A stretch of DNA of 63,379 nt, filler included, from Octopus bimaculoides (Eukaryota), in the NCBI RefSeq assembly GCF_001194135.2. It is 6 parts of 6 records of this genome, joined end to end, with 100 filler letters (N's around TTAATTAATTAA, not from the genome) between each part and the next. Parts side by side here need not be neighbours in the genome. Positions count along the whole stretch, not along the records: positions 10,658 to 24,348 come from NC_068991.1; positions 24,449 to 38,080 come from NC_068986.1; 4 more parts are not named here. One strand, given 5' to 3'. The notes below the pieces were generated by a model. The model ran no database searches, had not been told where the DNA came from, and saw only the letters and a program-made list of their open reading frames with translations. The translations under genes and the position numbers were made by a program. This document shows, in pieces, positions 13,640-25,530 of the stretch (positions within the stretch are counted from its first letter, which is position 1; every line of letters starts with the position of its first letter).

Positions 13640-13960
13640 ATCCGTTTATAAAAATCACGAGGCAAACAAAACCAGTAGAAAAGATATTGATCAAAGCAAA
13701 GCTAGGTTCTGAAACAGCAGAGCCTAATATATGCAAATATAACCGGCCGAACTGAGGAATATGTAGCTACTAATTGGAGGGTCCCGAATTCCACTTCTAA
13801 GACCTTGAAAATTTGAAAATTAAGTTGTCGGCCCAACCGTGACAGCCTATGACTTAAGTATTTAAATGCCCTGACCATATCTATTATTAAGAATATGCCG
13901 AAGGCGATATCATCAGAGCTACCGTACGTATATCCTGTGGTAGAGAGATATTCGAGGGAC
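13640..13960 (-). mobile_element. Highly decayed CR1/L2-type reverse transcriptase fragment
   Basis: Minus frame GIFLIIDMVRAFKYLSHRL...FGTLQLVATYSSVRPV resembles GIFxDxSKAFDxxxHxxL...GxxLQxxxSYLSxRxQ; downstream CLVIFING resembles LLFLIFIND. Confidence 0.45.
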
Positions 13961-14410
13961 ATTTTGTTCTTGTTTCCAGCAGATAGCGAATTATTTAGAG
14001 ACTTCGTCGCTGGCCCTCACCCTACTAAAAAACATAGGCGTGTATATAGTTATAAGTCAATGTATATTCTGATGCACGTATTTATCTATTACCTAACACT
14101 TTCTACGTGTGTCTGATAATCCCTCTTAGGAGACATACACATATTTATGTGCGTATATTTGCGTGTGTGTATACGTGTGTGCACGTGCATATACCTGGTA
14201 GGCGCAGAATGTTGGAAAGGTGAATAAGATTATTTTGCGAACTCGAGCTCCCGAGTCGGATCGCACGGTATCTTGGCATTTTGCTCACCGTATCTTGCTC
14301 ATTTGCTATAGTATCCGGCTGCCCTGCGCCTTGTGAATAAAGACGACTTTGAGGAAAGTATAGAAACTGAGCAGATTAATTGTACCTGTAATAGGAAAAA
14401 AAATGTGAAG

Positions 14411-14755
14411 ATGCATGGCTCTGTGGTTCGAAAGCCGATCTTACGACCGTGAGGTTGTGAGTTAGATTCCCGGACCGGGCTGCGTGTTGTGTTCTTTATC
14501 AAGACACTTTATTTCACGTTGCTCCAGTTCACTCAGCTGTAGAAATGAGTTGCGACGTCACTGCTGCCAAGCTGTGTCGGCCCCTTTGCCTTTCCCTTAG
14601 ATAACATCGGTGGCGTGGAGAGGGGAAGCTGGTATGCATGGGCGACTGCTGGTCTTTCATAAACAACCTTGCCGAGACTTGTGTCTCGGAGGGTAACTTT
14701 CTAGGTCAAATCCCATGGTCATTCGTGACCGAAGGGGGTCTCCGCAATACAAAAA
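14411..14755 (+). mobile_element. tRNA-derived SINE group A variant with a distinct 3' half
   Basis: Head gcatggctctgtggtt..gtgagttagattcccgg, central caagacactttatttcacgttgctccagt shared with 40819-41137, then an unrelated 3' part. Confidence 0.75.
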
Positions 14756-15304
14756 ATCTAACACACACTAAATCACACTTTGCTCCAGGATTATTTCAAG
14801 GGGAATCCTCTCTGTTCCCTGGTCCAGTCGTTTATACTTTATTGCTGCAGTAGTTGCTCACTTGATTAAATAATTACACCCTGGGAGTAGAACTTTAGAG
14901 GCCGATCACATGTCTGCGTGTATGCGCATGCTTATGAGTGTGTAAATACAAAACAGATTTCGTTCCAAACAAGTTATATGAGGGCACAGTCTATACTTTA
15001 GATTGATCTTTTTTGTTTTTTATTAAGAATATTTTCATATTTCCTTATTACACTTTTCTGTTTAATATGTAACAATTGCTTTGCGAAAATTATTAATCCG
15101 TTGACATTTCAAGGGAGTCATTGTCCAGTTCTCAAAATAAAATGATGGTAATATTGGCATTTTGTCCGCGTTCTTTGCAGTACATCACAAAGACGATGAG
15201 AATACTTTTATTAATGATACAATCATCACTTCCTTCCTTCCTTCCTTCCTTCCTTCCTTCCTTCCTTCCTTCCTTACTTACTTCCTATCCCATGACTGCG
15301 TGGT

Positions 15305-15800
15305 TATTGCGGCATTCGTTGATTATATCTTAACCAGATTTCACCACTTCTCTAGGTTTTCTGCTAGCCTTTGTGAGACGACGGAATTGAGGCCAGTCCA
15401 CTCCTTGACGTTAACCCGGACAACGACCGGTCCGGTATGGGTTCAGTCCTGGTTGTCATCCTCATGAATATATCATAGCCAAGTTAGCTTGGCGGCGTTC
15501 ATTACTCTCCAAGCTCTTAAACGCAGCATCACGATTCCATCTGAAACATCACTTAGTCCCGAACACGAGACCGTTCACCTGAACAGCTTTTTCTGCCCTA
15601 ACCACTGACTCCTTGAGAAGACTCAAGTGTTCACACAATTCCCTCAACGGGTTTAGCTCACCAGCTGAAGTGAGGCGTCGGAGTGTGACAATAGGAGCCA
15701 CCAAACGAAAGATTAGAAATTAAAGCACGACTAGTGATACTTGTCCTCCTTACAATCCATGGTAAGGAGCAGCTGTCAGATACCAAAACTACCACCTCTG
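15305..15800 (-). mobile_element. Decayed RTE-type LINE C-terminus (not L-A)
   Basis: Minus frame ..AKLTWL*YI..VNVKEWTGLNSVVSQRLAENLEKW*NLV, similar to the RTE end NIKEWTGL..QRxAEDRxxWRxLV. Confidence 0.65.
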
Positions 15801-15860
15801 TTCATAGCACTCTACACTTCATAAACTCATCAATGCCACACTTAATATATTACAGCGGTA

Positions 15861-16075
15861 AGGCAACGAGCTAGCAGAATCGTTAGCATGCCGGGTGAAA
15901 TGCTTAGCGGTATTTCGTCTAGTTTTACGTTCTGAGTTCAAATTCCGTCGAGGTCGACTTTGCATTTCATCCTTTCTGGGTCGATAAATTAAGTACCAAT
16001 AGCGTACCGGGGTCGATCTAATCGACTCGCCCCTCCTCCAAAATCTCGGGCTTTGTGCCATGAATAGAAAAGAAT
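15861..16075 (+). mobile_element. SINE group C (tail type 2)
   Basis: gagctagcagaatcgttagc..gttctgagttcaaattccgtcgaggtcgactttg..ggggtcgatctaatcgac..gtgcc. Confidence 0.85.
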
Positions 16076-16265
16076 ATACTACAACAGAGGTAATTGTGCA
16101 TTATATAACTTATTTTACGTGTGTCCTATCAGTGAAATTAGTTTGACATTATTGAAACCACCACGGTTTTTCTGTCATGGAATTCATTCTTATATTCTTT
16201 ATCATTCCTTTATTCTTTTATTTGCTTCAGTCATTTGACTACGGCCATGCTGGAGCACCGTCTTT

Positions 16266-16502
16266 TTTAATTTTTTTATTGCCCACAAGGGGCTAAACAT
16301 AGAGGAGACAAACAAGGAGAGACAATGGGATTAAGTCGATGACATCGACTCCAGTGCGTAACTGGTACTTATCTAATCGACCCTGAAAGGATGAAAGGCA
16401 AAGTCGACCTCGGCGGAATTTGAACTCAGAACGTGAGGACAGACGAAATAACGCTAAGCATTTCGCCCGCCGTGCTAACGTTTCTGCCAGCTCACCGCCT
16501 TA
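16266..16502 (-). mobile_element. Full-length SINE group C (tail type 1) inserted in a group-B SINE with a 15-bp TSD
   Basis: tggagcaccgtcttt at 16251-16265 and 16503-16517 flanks the element. Confidence 0.9.
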
Positions 16503-17403
16503 TGGAGCACCGTCTTTAGTCNNNNNNNNNNNNNNNNNNNNNNNNNNNNNNNNNNNNNNNNNNNNNNNNNNNNNNNNNNNNNNNNNNNNNNNNNNNNNNN
16601 NNNNNNNNNNNNNNNNNNNNNNNNNNNNNNNNNNNNNNNNNNNNNNNNNNNNNNNNNNNNNNNNNNNNNNNNNNNNNNNNNNNNNNNNNNNNNNNNNNNN
16701 NNNNNNNNNNNNNNNNNNNNNNNNNNNNNNNNNNNNNNNNNNNNNNNNNNNNNNNNNNNNNNNNNNNNNNNNNNNNNNNNNNNNNNNNNNNNNNNNNNNN
16801 NNNNNNNNNNNNNNNNNNNNNNNNNNNNNNNNNNNNNNNNNNNNNNNNNNNNNNNNNNNNNNNNNNNNNNNNNNNNNNNNNNNNNNNNNNNNNNNNNNNN
16901 NNNNNNNNNNNNNNNNNNNNNNNNNNNNNNNNNNNNNNNNNNNNNNNNNNNNNNNNNNNNNNNNNNNNNNNNNNNNNNNNNNNNNNNNNNNNNNNNNNNN
17001 NNNNNNNNNNNNNNNNNNNNNNNNNNNNNNNNNNNNNNNNNNNNNNNNNNNNNNNNNNNNNNNNNNNNNNNNNNNNNNNNNNNNNNNNNNNNNNNNNNNN
17101 NNNNNNNNNNNNNNNNNNNNNNNNNNNNNNNNNNNNNNNNNNNNNNNNNNNNNNNNNNNNNNNNNNNNNNNNNNNNNNNNNNNNNNNNNNNNNNNNNNNN
17201 NNNNNNNNNNNNNNNNNNNNNNNNNNNNNNNNNNNNNNNNNNNNNNNNNNNNNNNNNNNNNNNNNNNNNNNNNNNNNNNNNNNNNNNNNNNNNNNNNNNN
17301 NNNNNNNNNNNNNNNNNNNNNNNNNNNNNNNNNNNNNNNNNNNNNNNNNNNNNNNNNNNNNNNNNNNNNNNNNNNNNNNNNNNNNNNNNNNNNNNNNNNN
17401 NNN

Positions 17404-17450
17404 TTCTTCTTCTTCTTCTTCTTCTTCTTCTTCTTCTTCTTCTTCTTCTC
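17404..17450. repeat. (CTT)n microsatellite at a gap edge
   Basis: Direct reading. Confidence 0.95.
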
Positions 17451-17584
17451 TGCCAGGAATTCACAATGACCTCGGACCCACAAGAGAAAGCAAGAGAGAC
17501 AGAGACAGGCAGTAACAAGGAAAATGCCCCTTGTATTTGAACACTATGCAAATATTCTATTAAAAAAAATTTTCTTTTAATTTT

Positions 17585-17900
17585 TCCAAAATTTAATTGT
17601 TGTCTATACTTACAGTTGAAAAAGTCTCAATGACCGAAACCGGTACTGAAATGTTTTTATAAAATTATTTTTTCTATGTATGTATTTATGTAACAACACG
17701 TGAATCGTTGGCGATTGTTTTCCTCTTCCTTTTCTCTTGTACTTTCCTCTGTTTCCTGTTTCCGAAGAAGTGCTTTGCTCAAAACGTAAAGCCCCCTTGC
17801 TTTCCCCAATTGAGCGTCTGCTAATACTTAACATGCACCGCGTCCTTTTTTTTCTTTTTCTTGTGTTTGCTCTTCGGCTTTTGGGATATGTAAGTATATA
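17585..17900 (+). mobile_element. Unclassified repeat with Penelope-like terminal motif; related pieces at ~32715-32960 and 50497-50556
   Basis: Recurring (t/c)cgaaga.g..(g/c)c.(c/a)aaac.t.aaag motif followed by pyrimidine tracts; the Penelope assignment is recalled and tentative. Confidence 0.35.
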
Positions 17901-17904
17901 CTTC

Positions 17905-18060
17905 ACGGACTTTCACACAGTTTCCGTCAACCAAATTCAGTAATCCACTCGCAAGTCACTGGTTCGTCTGGAGTTATTGTGGAAGACGCTTAGCTAAAGT
18001 GCGGCGTAATGGAACTGAAAGCGAGACCAGGTGGTTCAAAAGCGAGCTTTATAACCACAC
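17905..18060 (-). mobile_element. SINE group B 5' portion, diverged
   Basis: Reverse complement of the gtgtggt..ggttc.gtccc head. Confidence 0.6.
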
Positions 18061-18086
18061 AGATGCGCCTGCTCTACTATACCTGT

Positions 18087-18143
<57 letters not shown>

Positions 18144-19076
18144 GTCTAACAGTGAGATTATATTTCGTTGTAATTTACGTGGTATGTTCAACGAGTATTT
18201 TTAATGACATATTCATCTATTTTATTACACGAGTGCATTTTGTTCTTGGTGTACATGTTATANNNNNNNNNNCATCTGCTGTGTTAGATCGATTTTGTTG
18301 TTCTAGCGTTGTATGCATTCTTCTGATAGTGTATTATTTGATGTCAGTTCGTCTGTGTTTGTATGTGAGCGCGTATCTGTGTGCATATGTATAGGTACAT
18401 ACATACATACATACATACATACATACATACACACACGCACACATATGCCCACTCAGTTATATAATTTATACCCGCGCACACGTATCTATTTACGTGGGTG
18501 TGTATCCGTATGCGTGCATACCTACCTGTATCAGGGTGTGTCGGTGTTTGTGTGTAAGGAACGCTTGTATAATTATCAGCCCTTTACGTATAATTTAAAA
18601 CAATACTGTCCCTAAATCCATTATTCTTTTAGCGTTTGAAAATCATAGTTTTATCACCGGAGCGAAACAATAATACCATTGGCGTGTTCGGGTGCGTTGC
18701 AGAAGGTCGCAGCGGATCATCGGATTAATTATAATTGATACCATCTTCAGCGTTGGATTTATAATTATTCAACAATTAGATTTCCTTCTATATTTCATAA
18801 TATCTTTTATGTGTGCTGCCTCTTTGCATTAATTTCTCCCTTGCGTTTTACTATTCATAAGTCTTCAATCACTACTATTCGCAATTTCTATGAAATTATC
18901 AATAAGATAGTAGCGTTGTTTGCTACACGTATTGTATCCGTATTCCTGAATATTTTTATTGTATTGTTCTCTAGCCTGGCCTAATAATCTGCACCGGTGA
19001 CTTTTATTAACGAAATTTTCTTTTACTGATCAGGTTTCTTTAGTTAAATAATTACATCTACACCATATTCATAGTT

Positions 19077-19207
19077 ATCGCCAAGCTAACAAGGCAGTCC
19101 AGAAAAATAGGACGATGCTGCGTCGATTAGCTCCAAGAGGCCAGCCCCTGTAGCTAGCTATGTGACATTCGTCCTATTTTTCTGGAATGCCATGTTAGCT
19201 TGGCGAT
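19077..19207. mobile_element. Small hairpin MITE-like element
   Basis: 39-bp terminal inverted repeats 19077-19115 / 19169-19207 with 2 mismatches. Confidence 0.7.
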
Positions 19208-19724
19208 CTTCAATTATTTGAGTCATCGGATTGCGGCCATGCTGGAGTGCTACGTTGATGGGCTTTCTTTTTGCATCAAGCATATTAGCCCTAGTATTTA
19301 TCACTTCTATCGGGATTTTTCGCCGAACGGTTGTGTTACAGGAACTTTAATAAACCACCACCGGTTGCAAAGAGTGGCGCTCGGGAAAATGAAAAGGTCT
19401 GTTATGTTTCGAGCCTACGCTCTTCAACAGAAGGGATTAAGAGAAAATAAACAGAGAGAAAATGAAAAGAACTTGTAGATTTCAGCGGTATATACGACAG
19501 GCATCTTTCACTTTCCGCCTGCCAAATCCACGCTAAAGCAAGATAGGTGCGAATAGAAGATTTCTTAATTGCAAATTTCGAAACAAATGTCTATTCACAA
19601 ATGCCAGGCAACTGAAAAATAACGTGAGATCTACCTGGACTTCACCGTTGTGTAATTTGTAAATTCGCCGTTCAGATGTTTATTAATTATAAATTAAAAG
19701 AGTAAAACAGTAAAATTTACTCTT

Positions 19725-20115
19725 TAACTTGTTTCAGTCATTTGACTGTGGTCATGCTGGGGCACCGCCTTTATTTGAGCAAATCGACCCCAGGACTTAT
19801 TCTTTGTAAGCCTAGTACTTATTCGATCGGTCAATTTTGCCGAACCGCTAAGTTATTGGGACATAAACGCACCAAAATCGGTTGTCAAGCGATGTTGGGG
19901 GGACAAACATATACCGACATATTATTACACACACACACACACACACTTACACCCACACACACACACACACAAATATATACAACAAGCTTCTTTCAGTTTC
20001 CGTGTACCAGATCCACTGACAAGGCTATGGCAAACCTAAGGCTATAGTAGAAAACACTTGCCTAAGGTGCTACGCAGTGGGACTGAACCCGGAACCATAT
20101 GGCTTGGAAGCCATA
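19725..20115 (-). mobile_element. SINE group B, near full length
   Basis: ttttaacttgtttcagtcatttgactg..gcaccgcc..gaccccaggacttattc..(CA)n..gtgggactgaacccggaacc. Confidence 0.9.
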
Positions 20116-20298
20116 CCAGCATACCGTTCATGGATACACTCAAGGAATATCAGCTACTACACACTCAATCGTAGACCAACTAGCAACCATAAAGGGACGC
20201 CAAAATTGAAAGAAAATAAATTCAGGTTGTGGTGCTACAGCATGGCCGCACGATGAGGGCTCATATTGGTGAATAAATATTCTTTGTTCGTGCGATCG

Positions 20299-20436
20299 CC
20301 AGTCTACCATTGGTTTCATGCTAAGAGAGGTATCACTCAGCAATTATTCCGAGTCTGTTAAGTGGAGCGTTGGTGTTCGTCTCCACCCAGGATTGAGAGA
20401 GAGAGAGGGGGAGAGAGGAAGAAAGAGAAAGAGCGC

Positions 20437-20469
<33 letters not shown>

Positions 20470-20783
20470 GGAGAGAGAGAGAAAGAGAGGGAGAGAGAGA
20501 AAGAGAGAGAGAGCGAGAAAGAGAGAGAGAGAGAGAGAAAGAGACGGAGAGAGAGATGGAGAGAGCGAGAGAAAGTGTGAGATAGAGGGAGAGAGAAATA
20601 GATGCTGAGATGACCGTATTATTTGAACATCCTTTATTCGAACGTTAACCAGACTACCATTGGTTTCATGCTGCGAGAGATATCACTCAGCAATTATTCC
20701 AAGTCTGTCACATGGAGCGTTGGTGTTCGTTTCCATTCAACATGGATATATATATAGAGAGAGAGACGGTGTATGAGACAGAG

Positions 20784-20830
<47 letters not shown>

Positions 20831-20866
20831 GAAATAGATACTGTGCTCACCGTATTATTTGAACAT
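20299..20866. repeat. Tandem duplication of a (GA)n-containing unit (20299-20630, 20649-20866)
   Basis: Both units start ccag.ctaccattggtttcatgct..tcactcagcaattattcc and end accgtattatttgaacat. Confidence 0.85.
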
Positions 20867-21407
20867 ACGCATATTACATAACATCTATATATCAATATCC
20901 AAATTATACTTTAATTTATGCATGAGAGAGGGCAGGCCGTCATTTTCTGCAGTCTAGTTGCATTCGCATATCTTACCATAGCATGAAGACACCTTCATTA
21001 TTCACAAATAAGGACCGACGTCAGAGACCAGCAACAGCATCGGCATCATCACAATCAGCTGCAGCAATGATGAGTGTTCTTGGTGTTATTGTTGTTAGTT
21101 TTTCTTCTGCCTTTCAGCAATTAGACTTAAGCCATTGTGTGTTTTGGAACAAATCTCCATTGCTTCTATTACCAAATCCATTCTAGTTAAATACTTGAGT
21201 TATGTGATGTATTTCAAACTGATCTCGATTCTCTTCACACTTTCCTCCTTTCTTTTTTCGTTTTTTTTCCGTCCATACTTTTTCCACTTTTATTTTCTTT
21301 TTGGCTTTTTTTTCCCTCTATTTTATTATTTTCTTTCTTTATCACTTTTGTTGTTGTTTTTTTTCCTTCTCCATTCGTTTTGAGTTTTTGATTTAAATAT
21401 GGCCGCA

Positions 21408-21416
21408 CTACTACCG

Positions 21417-21470
<54 letters not shown>

Positions 21471-21565
21471 TTACTACCACCACCACTACTACAACTACCA
21501 CCGCCACCACGACCACCATCACGACGACGACGACGACCACCACCGTAACCACCACCACCACCACC

Positions 21566-21631
<66 letters not shown>

Positions 21632-21990
21632 GCTGCTGCTGTTGCTGCTGAGAGTGCCCACTGCTGCAACAGCTCATTTGTCTTTCTAGCTGCTGCTATC
21701 GCAGCCGGTAATCCGCTGTTTTTGGCATCTGCTGCTGCTGCTGCTGCTATTACGTGTTGCTGCTGCTGCTGCTGCTGCTGTTGTTGTTGTCGTTGTCGTT
21801 GCTGTTACCGCTGCTGCTGCTACTGCTACTACAACTATTACTACTACAACTACTACCATCATCATCCCTACACTAACGCAACCACAACGCTCCCACCACC
21901 ACCACCACCAATACTACCACCACCAATACTACCACCACAACTACTACCGCTACTACTACTGCAGCTTCTGCTGCTGCTGTTGTTGCTAAT
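21408..21990. repeat. Compound triplet repeats (CTA, CCA, CGA, CTG, TTG)
   Basis: Direct reading. Confidence 0.95.
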
Positions 21991-22825
21991 GGTCCGTTCT
22001 GACTTCTAATTCTAGTGATTATATCCAGGAAACAGAAAAGATCCTATTAATGTAATATAAAACATCAATAAATTGAAACCTTACTATATATATATNNNNN
22101 NNNNNNNNNNNNNNNNNNNNNNNNNNNNNNNNNNNNNNNNNNNNNNNNNNNNNNNNNNNNNNNNNNNNNNNNNNNNNNNNNNNNNNNNNNNNNNNNNNNN
22201 NNNNNNNNNNNNNNNNNNNNNNNNNNNNNNNNNNNNNNNNNNNNNNNNNNNNNNNNNNNNNNNNNNNNNNNNNNNNNNNNNNNNNNNNNNNNNNNNNNNN
22301 NNNNNNNNNNNNNNNNNNNNNNNNNNNNNNNNNNNNNNNNNNNNNNNNNNNNNNNNNNNNNNNNNNNNNNNNNNNNNNNNNNNNNNNNNNNNNNNNNNNN
22401 NNNNNNNNNNNNNNNNNNNNNNNNNNNNNNNNNNNTATATATATACATATAGATAGATATATATACATACACACACATATATTAGGTAAAAGAAAGTGAG
22501 GGGCAATAATTAAGAGAGAAGCCAGGTTATGTTAACGATCAACTTGAGTTTTGGTTGCTGTGTGAAGGGAGCTCGAGACCACATTGTCTTTTCTGAACTA
22601 GCAAGATGTGAATTGAATGAGAATTCGCCGCTACTTTTCCATAATGAGTTTCTCACCTTTGCTTAATGAATATGAATAAATTTAAACTAATGTTTGCAGG
22701 ATAAATGTCGTTAATGCATACGGTGTTTCTTCAGAGGTCGGCAAAGAGACAGATAAATACAGGGTAAGGAAAAGGGAATTAGATAGAGTGAGAGTTAGAT
22801 TGTTACTTATATGCAGACCTGGTTG

Positions 22826-23172
22826 TGTGGAAAGAAGCTTGCTTCTTAACCACATGGTGTCCGGTTCAATCCCACTGCATGGCACCTGGGGCAAGTGTCT
22901 TGTACTATAGCCTCGTGCCGACCAAAGCCTTGTGAGCGCATTTTATAGAGGAAATAGAAAGAAACCTGTCACAAATATATATATGTGCATGTATGTGTGT
23001 GTGCGACTTTGTGTCCGTGTTTGCCCCCTCCACCAACGGTTGACAACTGGTGGTGGTGTGTTTACGTCCCCGTAACTTAGCGGTTCGGCAAAAAGAGACC
23101 GTTAGATTAAGTACTAGGGTTCAAAAATAATAAGTGCCCCAGCATGGCTGCAGTCAAATGACTGAGACAAGT
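22826..23172 (+). mobile_element. SINE group B
   Basis: ggttgtgtggaaagaagcttgc..ccggttcaatcccactgc..ccagcatggctgcagtcaaatgactgagacaagtaaaag. Confidence 0.9.
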
Positions 23173-23189
23173 AAAAGTTAAAAGATGAA

Positions 23190-23279
<90 letters not shown>

Positions 23280-23404
23280 ACACACACACATACACAAATA
23301 GGTAATACACAACAGAAGTTCCCTTCTGTTTATTTTATGTGCAGGTCCATTGCACATTGCCAACTTTCTAGACCTGACGCGACTTCACCATGTAGCACAT
23401 TTCT

Positions 23405-23590
23405 GTTAGCCCGGGCGAAATGGTTAGTCTGCCGCTACGTTCTGAGTTCAAATTCCGCAGAGGTCAACTTTGCCTTTCATCCTTTCGGGGTCGATAAAGT
23501 AAGTACAAGTTACGTACTGGGGTCGATCTAATCGACTGGCCCCACCCCACAAAATTTCAGGCCTTGTGCCTAGAGTAGAAAAGAATATTC
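23405..23590 (+). mobile_element. SINE group C, 5'-truncated
   Basis: gggcgaaatggttag..gttctgagttcaaattccgcagaggtc..ggccttgtgcctagagtagaaaag. Confidence 0.85.
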
Positions 23591-24474
23591 TCTCGACATT
23601 TCTCACTTGGTCAAGAATTTTCAACTCACTGGAATTCTTACAACTGCTCCTTACATGTAACAAATAAATTAATAAATTAATGAACAAATAAATATATTAA
23701 AGGTAGTAATTTATTTTAATTAAGCGACTGATCTTGCGCAATAATGTTTCAGCCCATTATGTCATCGGAAATTACTAAACAAGGCGAAGAATTATATAAT
23801 GGAATAATATTGGTACATGGCACAATGCCAGTCATGCTGCTGCTCATTGATAGCACAATATCCAAATAAAATTCTAATACCGATAAAGATATTTTAGGTA
23901 AGTGTATTATAGTTGTTACAGAAAATGAATTCCTCATAAAAATTACATGTCTTCTAAACATTGCAGAACATAGAAATGAACCAATTTAAAACCACCTGCT
24001 GATACATTCCATAAGCTTTTCTTGGAACACTGTTGAAACACTATGGCAAAAGAGCACCTCACCGCACATCTGCTCGCGAGAATCCAAAACTACTGTGAGC
24101 ATCACTCACATAATAATTATAATAGATCATCCATGTATGTACATATGAAGAGGCGAAGGTAGGTGTAACGCAGTGTTGTGTATTACCTTCGCCTCTTCTG
24201 TTTATTTCATAGGCAGGTCCAACGAACATTGCCAAATTTGTAGACCTGACGTGACTTCCCCATGTAGTACATTTCTGCTAGCCCTGGAAGGCTTCAAGAA
24301 CAGTGAACGAAGTGTTTTAGTCAAAAGCAGATCGCATCTGGTGGTCCANNNNNNNNNNNNNNNNNNNNNNNNNNNNNNNNNNNNNNNNNNNNTTAATTAA
24401 TTAANNNNNNNNNNNNNNNNNNNNNNNNNNNNNNNNNNNNNNNNNNNNTATATATATATATATATATATATATA

Positions 24475-24960
24475 TCTTTTATTTTGTCTTAGTCATTAGA
24501 CTGCGGTCATGCTGGGGCACCGCGTTGAAGAATAAGTTCTGGGGTCGATTAGTTCGACTAAAATTCTTCAGTGCGGTGCTCCAGCATAGTCGCAGTCTAA
24601 TGATTAAAACAAAATAAAAGACATATATGGCTGTGTGATGAGTAGCTTGCTTATCAACCACATGGTTCCGGGTTCAGTCCCACTGCGTNNNNNNNNNNGA
24701 GATACGTAGTAGTAACAGAGGAAGAACGAGAGGGGTAAAGCGAGATAGCTATGTGTGTGTGTGTCTCTGAATTTGTCCCCCATCACTTGACAACTGGTGT
24801 TGGAGAGTCTACGTCCCCTTACGCCGCGGTTCGGCAAAAAGATGTTCAATAGAATAAGTACCAAGCTTAAAAGGAAAATAAGTTCTGGGGTCGATTTGTT
24901 GGACTAAAACCCTTTAAGGTAGTGCTCCTGCATGGCTACAGTCAAATGACTGCAACAAGT
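24475..24960 (+). mobile_element. SINE group B cluster: fold-back 3' piece (24475-24621) plus a near-complete copy (24626-24960)
   Basis: Head atggctgtgtgatgagtagcttgc; tail gtgctcctgcatggctacagtcaaatgac. Confidence 0.85.
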
Positions 24961-25530
24961 NNNNNNNNNNNNNNNNNNNNNNNNNNNNNNNNNNNNNNNN
25001 NNNNNNNNNNNNNNNNNNNNNNNNNNNNNNNNNNNNNNNNNNNNNNNNNNNNNNNNNNNNNNNNNNNNNNNNNNNNNNNNNNNNNNNNNNNNNNNNNNNN
25101 NNNNNNNNNNNNNNNNNNNNNNNNNNNNNNNNNNNNNNNNNNNNNNNNNNNNNNNNNNNNNNNNNNNNNNNNNNNNNNNNNNNNNNNNNNNNNNNNNNNN
25201 NNNNNNNNNNNNNNNNNNNNNNNNNNNNNNNNNNNNNNNNNNNNNNNNNNNNNNNNNNNNNNNNNNNNNNNNNNNNNNNNNNNNNNNNNNNNNNNNNNNN
25301 NNNNNNNNNNNNNNNNNNNNNNNNNNNNNNNNNNNNNNNNNNNNNNNNNNNNNNNNNNNNNNNNNNNNNNNNNNNNNNNNNNNNNNNNNNNNNNNNNNNN
25401 NNNNNNNNNNNNNNNNNNNNNNNNNNNNNNNNNNNNNNNNNNNNNNNNNNNNNNNNNNNNNNNNNNNNNNNNNNNNNNNNNNNNNNNNNNNNNNNNNNNN
25501 NNNNNNNNNNNNNNNNNNNNNNNNNNNNNN

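Noticed and set aside
13895-14116. Plus-strand 73-aa ORF MPKAISSELPYVYP
   Set aside because: The opposite strand resembles a decayed LINE RT, which explains the region better
17458-17540. (CTT)n tract plus CAG as a strong acceptor with small ORF MTSDPQEK
   Set aside because: The tract is a microsatellite at a gap edge; no good donor and the ORF is 24 aa
22700-22763. Plus-strand 64-nt exon candidate (ctaat..tttgcag / GTAAGG; INVVNAYGVSSEVGKETDKYR)
   Set aside because: Short pyrimidine tract, no recognisable peptide, no partner exon; a competing minus-strand donor nearby is equally plausible by chance
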